Positions 8,866 to 19,502 of a stretch of 19,502 nucleotides of DNA are shown in pieces. Below the pieces are notes generated by a model. That model saw only the letters and a list, made by a program, of their open reading frames with translations, did not search any database and had not been told where the DNA came from. Position 1 is the stretch's first letter, and every line of letters starts with the position of its first letter. The translations under genes and the position numbers were made by a program. This DNA comes from Vitrella brassicaformis CCMP3155 (taxonomy: Eukaryota; Protista; Chromerida): NCBI GenBank assembly GCA_001179505.1, contig CDMY01000794.1:1-19502 (forward strand), in the 5' to 3' direction.

Positions 8866-11410
8866 TCAGAAGAAGTCCATGTCGTCGCCACCCTCCTCCT
8901 CGCCGGCCTGGCAGAAATGGCACATGATTTTCCGCACACCACACGCGTTCCCATCGATTTGCACCTGTGCCAGGATCTCCTTCTCTCTCTGCCGTCGTAT
9001 CTCGGCTTCTTCGGCATCGTCCGTCTTCTGAGAAACACACATGCACACATCCGTGCCACAAGGATGATGTCACTATGCTCACAAACTACTTCACAGCCCA
9101 CCTCGTCCGGGTACTGCATTGCCTGCAATGACCACACACACCATTGCAATGCTTGAGCCCACGTCATTCTGACTGCACACCTTGACAGCATCGTTGTGAA
9201 GCTGGAGACAGAAGTATACGCGCTTGTGGAAGGCTTTCAGTGGCTCATCGGAAGCATAGACGTCAGTATTGGCCTACACAGACGAGAGCAAAACGTGCCA
9301 CTGCTATTACCTGCCCAGTATGTGAACTAATCACCTTGCTCTGCACATATTGCTTGTCGTGGTCAATTGACGCTTCGATGACTCCGTCCAGAATCGCCTG
9401 AAAGGACAGGTCAACATGAAAATCGACACACTTGCCTCTTTGCAGGGAGTACCTTGCCAACGATTCCTTCCGCATCAGCAGCCGAATCAAGTCCCAGCTT
9501 CATTGCCACATCAGCCTACAAACAGATGCGAGCCACGACCTTTCATTATCGACTCTCAATATGTGTCATCTCGTCTGTGCCCTCCTCTCCGTATTCGCCT
9601 CACAAGTGAGATTCGGCTGTAGGACAGGTTGATGAGCCGCAGGCCCGCTTTGATGACGTTGGACTGCAGCCGGCGGATGAGAAAGAGCGTCCCGTCCCTC
9701 TTGAACAGGTCCTCGTTGGAATCCATGACATTCTTGAACGAATGCAAGTCACCTGTGCGAACAGCCTGGGGGCAAGGCAACCAAGGAGAGGCGAAGGGTG
9801 CAGGCGAGCGCCATCTTGTCTGCCTCGTCGTAGGGTCACCTGAACGATGGCCTCGTAGGCAGAGAGGGACTTCTTGAGTTCCTCCTGATTGAACGTGGAT
9901 CGGTCAGGGATGTCACCCATCAGCAACTCGACAACAATCGCCATCTTGGTGGCCTGACACCACGCACAACCACATCAACAATGGAAGTCGCATCCAGTGT
10001 CAAGTGACAGTGTCACACGGTGTCTGACCGCCAAGCGAAATCCCCGCGCAGTCTTGGGGCCTTGGGGAGCTTTGCGGATTGCCTGATGGGACACACGAAC
10101 AATATATGAATGGGTAAGTGGGCTTCCAATGGCACCAACTGCAGGCTTACGGTGGTGAGCTTGCCGTGGGCGTCAGAGTACTCCAGCTGGACAGCTTTGA
10201 TGCGGCCTGAAAGTAGGGAACGACTCGTGCGTGCGCGTGTGGTGATGATGTGATGCCTTTGTGTTGTGGCTGCTGACCGATATAGAAGAGGTACCGTGCG
10301 TACTGCGCACTGGATCGCAGATTCTCAGGAAATGTTGTCTTGGACACGAGCTTGAGCGCCATCTCGTACAAGTTGTATGCCAGGTAATTTCTCAGCAGTA
10401 GGTTCAACTGAGTGGCCTGAGGACACACACAAAGGCCGGGGAGGCTGAAGAGGTGACCACTGTGCAAGGATGACGTCACCTGTCCCACAAGGTCATGATG
10501 TAGCGACGCTGTGCGGTACGCTGCCATCAAATCCCTGCCACATAGGACGGACGCACACGCACACGGACACCCGGTACATGGCACCTTTTGATGTTGGTTC
10601 CTACTCTCGTATCTCTGACAGGCGCCCATCCAGCTCGTACGCACGAGACAAACAAAAGTATGCCTGCAGAGCCGCCCCATGACAGGTGAGAAGATATGCA
10701 TTTGAATGGCATGTTCATGTGCCCACCCGTGCGGTCAGAGGGTCCAGAGACCGTCGGTTGTACGACTTGGCACGACTCACAACCAAATCGGCTCCTGACA
10801 CGGCCTGGAAAAAGCACACAGCCACACAGTCACACAACCGCATCATAGCAACGCGCGTGCCTGACCTTTTGAGTCAGCTTCTTGTCGACGAAATGCGTGA
10901 CGACGAGTATGCCGAGATAGATCTCACATTCAGGCATGATAATGTCGAAGTGGTGTTCGTGGAAGGGGAATGGCGAAGGACTGTGTGACGACGGGGCAGC
11001 CACACCGTTCGGCAGAGGGGGTGGGGCCATCTCGACATCCTCAGACTGATATGCATAGCAGAAACGCAGAAATAGAGCAAAGCATTCACAGGTAATCCGC
11101 CACCCACATTGCCACCACATACCTGCTGTTGCCCCTCCAGCATCCCCACGAGCCGCTCCTTGTATGGCGTGTTCTTGAGCACCAGTTTGACCATCTTGAG
11201 CAAGTCGGCGACGCCCATTCGCCGGCGCTGCCACGAGATGTTGCGAAGGGCACGATTGACGAGGCGCACCTCCTTCGTAACGATGCCATTGTGAATCAGC
11301 TCAAGGCTTATCCCCAGGTCGCCGGCAAAGGTGCGTGGAGGCTTGATCTTCTTGTCTTCCGCCACCTTGGGCTCGGGCTCCTTCTCTGCATCCTTCCCTT
11401 CTCCCTTCAT
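8866..11410 (-). CDS. RPN3: 26S proteasome regulatory (lid) subunit RPN3/PSMD3, 16 exons, about 509 aa
   Basis: Exons 11410-11123, 11045-10866, 10804-10727, 10663-10605, 10534-10480, 10416-10278, 10206-10151, 10082-10029, 9953-9840, 9765-9604, 9515-9453, 9397-9335, 9273-9181, 9122-9102, 9027-8965 and 8907-8866. All introns are GT-AG and the exons total 1530 nt in frame. Hallmark motifs: [95 protein letters not shown]. Confidence 0.96.
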
Positions 11411-11838
11411 CTCGAAAACGACAGCGGTTGCTGTGAACCTCCGTGTAATGGATTACACACCCTATGCCCATAACTCCAGGAGCGGCACAACTGATCTTAG
11501 AGTAGGCAATGTGCTCGGCCCACAAATGTGGGAAGACAGCCTCGATAACGAGTCCATCTCCCTGGATGATGGTCCGGTCGTGTTGGCTCTGTGTCGTTGC
11601 GGCGGTCGTCCTCCCGCACTTGATCCCGCATGGCCACGCCCTTCGTGATCCAGCCATCCCTCAGAGCCTGTTCGTGCCGCCGTGGCCACACCGTGGAGCA
11701 CTCAGGGGGAAATCAGCTCCATCGCGTCGTGCAGCAAGGGCCAAAGATGATACCACAACAGCAAGGCCGACACACGGACATCTAGATCTGGCTTGATGCA
11801 TCTGTGATTGTGTATGCAGACTGTACACTCCTCTTCAG

Positions 11839-12464
11839 CTGAGAGCCATCAAAGCGACCTCCCTCGAGTGGTACTCGACGATGAAACCCTTGGCCTGATC
11901 AGAGACGAGTTCCAGCACAGCAGATCTCTTCCGTGCGGTACCATTCGGTCGCTTGCGGCCAACCTGTTTTACAACCTCGTTTATCCCTTACTGGACCAGC
12001 TTCGCAAGACCGGCCTTCGCATCAGGAAGGTCATTGATGCATACAACATGAATGACGACGATGACCGCTCTCAAGTATCTGAAGTCCATTACACCATATT
12101 GGAGTGCGAAGACGAGAGGCTCCTCTTTGTCATCACAACTCCCGGCCCCCTGAATGGCTGGCGGCAGGAGGGGGAGCTTCTGAAGAGGCTGTTGGCTGAC
12201 GGGATGACGCACGGCTTTATCACGGATGGGGCGTCATGGCTTGTCGTCAACATTGCCTTCTTCGACCCAGAGTGGGCGGATGGCAGTCGTGACACGGAGA
12301 AGAGACTCTACTTCAAACCACAGCGGATGTTTTGGTTGGCGACCGAGCCGCAGGCCATTATGGACTACCTTGTGGAGGCCATCGGGAGGAAGCGAAAAGG
12401 CGACGACTTTGAATCATTCTATCGCTTGAAGGGCTACCGAGCCTACGCGGGGCAGAAGAGTTAA
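11839..12464 (+). CDS. Hypothetical protein, terminal exon; possible (inactive?) restriction-endonuclease-like fold
   Basis: Open frame 11808..12464 with an acceptor (ctcttcag) at 11838 and natural-looking composition. Motif order V-H-Y-T-I-L...L-F-V-I / GWRQ / HGFITDGASW. 5' exon(s) unresolved. Confidence 0.6.
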
Positions 12465-12875
12465 GATGATGAGACGGCTACGTTTCATCTATGAGGTTGA
12501 CTCGCTGGCTCCTCTGGAATGCTCTGTCAATGAGGACACCGAGAGGGAGACCTGAAGGGCCCGAGCGCTCCAAACTGCAACGCCCTAAGGTTGTCTACGT
12601 GGCTTCCAGCAGAGAACGCAGTTTCTGTGTCTGTGTGTGTGCACTTTTTCCGTTGGGTTTGCTTGGATTTGCTTGGATTTGCAGTAGAGAAGCGGTGTCA
12701 ATAAGTCTCAGTGAAGTTGTTGAGTCTCAGGTCCAACAAGGCATGACTCACAAATACAGGCCCGATTTGCACACACAGCGCCACACACACACGTTTATCC
12801 ATACAAACAGTCAGAGAGTGCTGGCAGAGACACCTCATCCACATATGAGACACAACACACACACACGTCGGGCAG

Positions 12876-12912
12876 ATTGATAGACAGATAGACAGACAGA
12901 CAGACGGACGCA
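12876..12912. repeat. GATA/GACA microsatellite tract
   Basis: gatagacagatagacagacagacagacgg read directly. Confidence 0.8.
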
Positions 12913-13297
12913 GGCATCCATTAAAACATCGATCACACAACACATATATTGCTCTGGGGTTGTGCCATGGCGGTGTCTGGTGGGGCGCCTGCTTTTACCG
13001 CTTGCAGTGACGAGCGTTGCCACAGGGGTGAAGCGGACATGGTAGTGAGAAAGGGACTGGCAGTCAGACACAAGCAGTACCGCCGCCACGATGACAAGAC
13101 GGAGCCGAGGGTGGCATATTGCAATAAAAGCGGCAATGCGGCCGAACTCGAGTGCGAGCTTGAAGTGGGTTAGCTTTCACAGAAAAATGGACCCCGTGAC
13201 CTTTTTACACCCCAGCACTTCTGATCAGTACTCACACACAGGCAGCTGGAAAGATCCTCGGCCAATGATTGAATGAAGTGGCCGATAAGTCTGTCTG

Positions 13298-16200
13298 ATG
13301 GGTTACCTCCACCTTCATCATCGGCTGCTGTCGGTGCTCGCCGTCTTCTATGCCGCTGCCGCAGATCCGCCTCTCAACACGTCGTCATGGCACACGCCAG
13401 AGAAGTGGAAGCTACTGTCTCGCAGGTCAACGATCTCGGAATACATAATACACAGCAATGCCTGTGGCGCGTCTGTATTCAGGTTCCAATTTCAGTCACA
13501 GCACACCGTAAGCAGTTACAGTGCATGCAGCCTGTCTGCCTGACATTCATGGGTAAGACGTGCGTCATTTGCACGTGTGGCGTACGTACTTCGCAGATCA
13601 CTCCCAGTGGCGCTCTCGAGTACGCCTTTCGTATCATGCCCCTAGAGAACCTGACGGAACTTGTCGAGTGCGCTTCGTGCCAGCAAGACGCCGGGGCGCT
13701 GAGGGAGTTTGTGGATGAGTCGGGGCTTCTCTCTGTGCTACCCAACGACACGGACAGCACTCTCGAAGCAAACGTCTGTGCCACGTCCTTCATCGTCTGT
13801 ATCCGAGACGAGGCGACAGATGAGGAAGGCTATGTCCTGGCGCTGGTCGGGGCGATGAGCTTCAGCGATGTGTCGCCACTGCCTCAGAAAGTGGCAGCGC
13901 GTATAGGGCTTCAGCTGACACTCAGCCGATCGTTCTATGACTTACGGGATGTGCTGGTGGTGTTTCTGTTTGAGATGCCCTTCACTGGACAGCTGGACGA
14001 AAGACTAGGAGAAATGACCTCAATCAGGATCATCGATATACACTCGGTAAAGAGAGAAAGACAGACAGGAAGATAATGTCACGCAGTCAACAGTGCTGCT
14101 GTCTGGTTTGCTTTTTCTGTGGTGTATGGTGTCAGACGGAGCTCTCTGGCCCAATGCCATCGTCGATTGGCAACCTGAGCAACTTGCAGGCACTCATGCT
14201 TGAGGGGCAGAACTATACCAATGCACCTGTCCTGGGAGGCCCTCTACCGACATCTCTTCTTGATCTCTCAGCGCTGGAAATCTTCACTCTGTCCTTTACC
14301 AAGTTTGAGGGCTTCCTGCCTTCAGCTTTCTGCATCCGGCTGACAAAAATGCGCGTGATCATATCGCGCCACGGGGGATTAACAGCGACCAATGGTCGGC
14401 TGCCTGAGAGCCTCGCTGAGTGCCGCAACTTGGAGATCTTCTGGTTCGAGGCCATCGGCCTCACCGGGCCAGTGCCGCCTTACATTGGGAACTTCACCCG
14501 CTTAACCATACTGGACCTCTCGAAGAACAACCTAGATGGGCCTTTTCCGCCTTTTCCATTCTGGGCCAAACTGCGCGAGTTGCGGCTTCTGAAGCTCAAC
14601 ACCAATAGCCTGTCTGGTGAGATACCTGAAGGGTTTGGGGCGGCCATGCCGGACCTCCTTTGGGTGTCTGTCTACCGCAATAGAGTAAGCAAGCATCGAG
14701 AGGAGAGTCAACAAGGTGATCGGTGTCTTCTTGTGTGTCCTCCTTCCCATTGTCAGCTGACTGGTCCACTCCCTGCCTCTCTCGGGCAAGCCAAGGAGCT
14801 CAGGCGGCTGGACGTCTATGCGCAGGACGGCGAGGGCATGTCGGGGCCTCTTCCACCGTCACTCGGCAACTGCACCAAACTGAATACTCTCAACCTTCGG
14901 TTCAACAACTTCTCAGGCCCCTTGCCTGAGTCCTGGTTACAACTCACGGCGCTCGAGTACTTGAGACTCGACAGCAATAATCTAAGCGGTACACTACGGC
15001 CGCTGGCGTCGATGAAGCGGCTGCAGACACTGATGTTCGGATACAACCAGGTGAGTTTGACCTGACGCAGATGTAGCAGTCGAACTTTCAATACATCTTT
15101 CAACCATTGCCTGTTGCCCAGTTGGAAGGCCCACTGCCCGCCGAGCTCGGCAGCTTCACTGAGCTGCAGGAAATCCACGGAGCGGTCAACAGGTCGGCTT
15201 AGCCACACGCTGTGGACACGTGCTCTGTACACTCTGTGTATCTATGCCTTCAGATTGACAGCTCTGCCGCCGTCTATCGACGGCTGGAAGAAAGTCTCTT
15301 TCATCGACGTACGCAGCAACGCCATTCAAGGCCGCCTCCCTCCGTTTGGCCACGCATCAGCTCTCCGAGAGCTGTATCTGGCCGACAACCAGATCGAAGG
15401 TTTCACAGACAACGGAACCATGCCAGAAGGGTATGCAGACGGGCAGAGAATGACACGGACAGTGCATGTTGTCGCAAGTTCACGCTCTCACCTGCAGGTT
15501 GGTCACGTTGAACATGGAGTTCAATCGGCTGACGTCAGTTCCGGAAGGTTGGAACAGCATGCCTGCGTTGGAGGAGATATTTCTCAAGGGCAATCAGCTC
15601 ACCGGATGGCCGACGTGGGGGAGGACTCCTGCACGATTTTGTCAGGCGAATGCTCGCAGTACGTGTGTTTGTGCTTCTCATTTTCCTTCGGGCTGCATCG
15701 CTTGTCACTTGCTTTGTATTTGTTGGGCAGTCACGCCGCACATCACCCTTTATCTGCTGGCACTGCCGGCGCCTCCCTACTGGCCGGTCATCCAACGTGT
15801 GAGTGGGCACCGCACCGAAGGGCACTCAGCAGCGGCACTGTCATCATGTGAGCTGCTGACATATATCGATTTTGCAGGCCGACTTTTCGGGCAATCCTTT
15901 GGGCGTTGAAGTGAGAGACTTTATGCAGACGTTCCGCGAGCTCAACACGTGAGAAGAAGAGACACTCACCGTCGGGTCTGATGTGGGAGATGTGCTTCTT
16001 GTCTGTTTCCAGGCTGATGACTTTGAGCTGCGCTGGCTGTGGTCTCACGGGGCGCCTGGACTGGTAAAGGGGGTTGAGGCAGACACGTATATCGATGCAT
16101 TCACTATTCCCCTTTCCCTCAGCGACTCGGTGACCTTCTATGACCGCAGTAGTCTGTCAAGATATGGCAACACAGAGTTCACCGAAAGATCCGTTGTAAG

Positions 16201-19200
16201 GAAATATGCACACACACAGACTCTGCTCAGCCCTACATCACCCTCTCCTTGTGTTAATGTGTGCAGGCCGCCTACCCGACTCTGCGCCCGGGGTTCGTTT
16301 CTCTTACGCGGCTCCTCCTCAGCCACAACTCGATTGTCGCCCTGGATGAGTTGCGGCTGAGGAATCTGGCGCGTGCTGACCTCTCGTCAAACGCTCTCGA
16401 GAGCGTCCGCGGTGATTGGCTTGCCGGTCTGGACGTCAGAATCGATGGCAACCCGAATCTCAGAATCGACCGTATCGATGACAGCCTGGACATACAGGTG
16501 GGTCACGTGGATCAGGCCATGACATGAAGGCCCGCCGTGTTTGGATGTCTACTCTGTTCTGCCTGCAGAGCTGTGAGGACGTGTTGAGCCTAAAGAACGT
16601 CTCCGCTGACACACTGGTGCCAAACCCTGCTGGTGAGGGAAAACATTCACGGAGAGCCTAATGTGTCTGTCTTTGTGTGCAGCGTACGTCCCCCAGAGAG
16701 ACCCGAAAGGCCTGTCCAACTCAACTTACGAGTGCACCACCCTCTGCAACACTTGGATAATGGTCGACTTCAGCGTGGCTGAGGAGAAGCTCTGCCGCTG
16801 TCTGCCTGGCTACAGCGGCACGGGCAAGGCCTGCACCATGTGCCCAGCGGGCACCCACAGCAACAGACAGGTCGGCACACAATCGTGCCAGCGATGCCCC
16901 GATGACGCAGGTGAGCGCCGACACGAACAGACACCCAATCTGCGTTCTGTTGGTCTACGAGTGTGGTTGGCAGATTCTGAGGAGGGCTCGGCTGCCTGTT
17001 CCTGTCGTCTTGGCTACGAGAAGAGGGGCAACGAGCCCTGCGAGCCATGCACGGCGGGATCTGTCGGCGTGCGCAATGCCGGCAGTGACGGAAGTCGCAG
17101 CAGGTGGATCTGCCAGGACTGTCAGGAGGGATTGGACTGCTCCGTCCCCATCAACTACAATGCGAGTGTGCTGCCAAGGTTCTTCCAACTCACTGCCCGC
17201 CTGCAGTCGGCCGGCGCATCCCCCAGTGCCACACGAGAAGTGACGACGTAAGAAGCAGGACTGAGGGGCAAGTAGGCATTTCGGTATGGTGCCGTCTGCG
17301 CTTTCAGGTATGGCGCCGGTTTGACTGAGTTGCCCATAGTCATACCGTGCCCATTGCCGGCGTCGTGCAAAGGCACTGACAAGGCATCTGGACTCAACAT
17401 ATGCTCGGTGAGAGCCAACAGCTGTCCTTTCTCCCAGGCCGTCACCACTGTGACATGTCTGTGCATCGTCTGTGTGCCAGGAGGGCCATGAGGGCTTTGT
17501 GTGCAATCGGTGCAAAAGGGGCTTCTCGCGCCAGACGCCCCAGCAGCCGTGCGCCCCATGTGCGGCCCTTTGGCAGATCGTCGTGGTCAACGTGTTGCTT
17601 GTCGTCGCCACGCTGCTGGCCATCTTCATTCTGACGGCACTCGCTGAACGGTCGGCTGGTGTGAGGCGCATAGTCATCTGCCAACTCGTCTGTCTGCATG
17701 GCTGTGTTCTGTTCGTTTGTGCGTGGCGTCACACATTCAGCGCCGCGGCCACACAGAGGGCTGAGGTCCCCTCCCAACTGACCAAAATCGGACTATCGCA
17801 CATCACCGCCGTACGCAATGCACTCACATCGCTCGCAGGACGTCCCCCACCGGTGTGCGCATGTGTGTGTGCAGGTATGTGGGCTGGCCTTTCTCGTGTT
17901 CGACGAGTCCCTCTGGGGCGATCAGATATCCTGGCTGATCAGCTCGTTCTTTGGATGGAGTGGCGGTGTTCCGCAAAGCTATCAGGTGGACATGTGCAAG
18001 AAAACACTCAAACATGTCCGCCGTGCCATCCGCCGTCCTGTCCTGTCAGGTGTGGGAGTGTCTGTTGCGGCCATACGTGGGCGACAAATGTGTGCTCTAC
18101 CGCCATTCTGTGTGGTTGGGGCTACCGCTGATCTGGCTCACTGCTGTGCCTCTCATTGGTAGCGACTAATGCACTCAACCAGAGAAGCGATGGACTGTGG
18201 TCATTTCTCCTTCCTGTCGTGTCATCGAGTGCAGCGAGTGGGTTTGATAAATTGCGCGACGCACTCAAGTCGAAGCGGCGCATCGGCACCGACGATTCAT
18301 TCGCCACCGACACCTACCTCCGAGCCCTCTCAGCGCCGCCATCGGTCACCAACGGAAAGGCACACAAGGCCACCGCAGAGGGTCCTTACCAGCGAGCAGT
18401 CACATTCCAGGAGTCGGCAACCGAGCCAGAGACGCCCGCCTCATGCCAGCACTCCCTGGCGGAGCCCCGCAAGAGCGGCCGATGGCGGCAGTGGCTCGAC
18501 GACCGCGGCACCATGATGGTCGTGATTCTCACGTTCATTCACCCCACCGTCACCAAGAGTATGCTGGCCCTCCTGCGCTGCCGATGGTATCCCTATGTGA
18601 CGGATGTGATCCCTATCGCCCCCGGCGAGGGTGTCAGTCGGCTGCCTTTTGACCCGAGGGACCACCCAAGGCCCCGGATGGACCTCGATCCACACGTCAT
18701 ATGCCGGTCGGCCGAACACGCGCCGTTCCTCTGGATCGCTGTGGCTGGTCTGCTGCTGTGGACCTTCGCGCCCGTCATATGTGGCGTGGCGTTTCTGTGG
18801 CGGCACAGAGACAGTCTACAGGACCACCACACGCGGAGGCGAGTGGGCTTCCTCTACACGGGATACCGGAAGCACTTCTTCTACTGGGACGCAGTGCTTG
18901 CGATGAGGCGGGTCTTGGTGCTGCTTATCGCACAGCAAGCGACTTCGGAGAACAGACAGCTGCTGGGCTGGACAGTCATCGCCGCAGCGTGTCTGGCGCT
19001 GCACTTCGCCGTGTGGCCCTTCGACCGAGGCAGTATGGACATTCTCAATTTGACAGAGCTGAGAGGGCTGCTGGTGTGGCTCATGTCGCTGTTTGTCATG
19101 CAATTCGTTGTCATACTGCCCGAGGGGACCTCCTTGGCCATCGCCCTGGTGCTGGTGGTCATTGCGGTCAACCTGGTCCACTATGTCATGGTGGCCATTC

Positions 19201-19502
19201 AGATATGCCGATTTGGTCTGCTGCAAGTGGGCTACAGATACACGGCCCTCACGGACCGCAAACAGGCCATCGGTGGGCTACAGAAGCGCACACACTCTCT
19301 CTCCTTTGTTAATCGTGTCATCCTCTTATCGTTTGTTCAGCTCGTTTGATGACCGGTTGTTTGACGGGCCCGATTGTGTCGTGGCTGATCCACAGAGAGG
19401 AGCAAAGACGAGAGGTCGCCCCCAAAGTCTTCTATGACTGGTCCAGCGCGGCCCTCTCTGTGGACGGCCCCCCTGCTGCTGCCTCTGCTGCCTCGGGCAA
19501 GT
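13298..19502 (+). CDS. Multi-exon (about 22) receptor-like membrane protein: signal peptide, plant-type LRRs, GCC2/GCC3 or ephrin-receptor-like Cys repeats, multi-pass TM module; 3' end beyond window
   Basis: Exons about 13298-13507, 13597-14046, 14136-14684, 14757-15050, 15122-15192, 15254-15430, 15498-15645(?), 15731-15798, 15878-15948, 16013-16063, 16123-16195, 16267-16497, 16569-16632, 16683-16910, 16974-17247, 17308-17407, 17481-17650, 17741-17810, 17875-17985, 18050-18158, 18235-19272 and 19341-end. LRR units include LSGPMPSSIGNLSNLQAL and LDLSKNNLDGPFP. Cys repeats include CTMCPAGT and CQRCP. The TM motif GFLYTGYRKHFFYWDAVLAMRR is present. Confidence 0.88.

Noticed and set aside
11509-11796. 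Candidate 5' exons for the 11839-12464 ORF
   Set aside because: No donor of the required phase 1 was found that joins cleanly to the 11838 acceptor.

Overview
GC-rich eukaryotic genomic DNA with short (about 50-90 nt) GT-AG introns that are rich in CA/GT/CAGA microsatellites. This style resembles the chromerid Vitrella brassicaformis, but that is my inference and was not checked. One conserved housekeeping gene is clear: 26S proteasome lid subunit RPN3/PSMD3 (minus strand, 16 exons, about 509 aa, 8866-11410). A large multi-exon gene on the plus strand (13298 to beyond 19502) encodes signal peptide + plant-type LRRs + CxxCPxG Cys-rich repeats + a multi-pass membrane module. The rest looks accessory. 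It contains an intron-poor hypothetical gene (626-2844) and a P-loop NTPase + PD-(D/E/Q)xK nuclease gene resembling Crinkler/RHS-type NTPase-REase effectors (5097 to 7000 or beyond, minus). It also contains a probable restriction-endonuclease-fold ORF head-to-head with RPN3 (11839-12464). The most striking non-coding feature is an approximately 620-bp element (7935-8553) with Helitron-type ends (A|TC ... GC hairpin ... CTAG|T). It carries two tandem units, each with a degenerate tRNA-like A-box/B-box cassette. All gene models and domain calls were made by eye.
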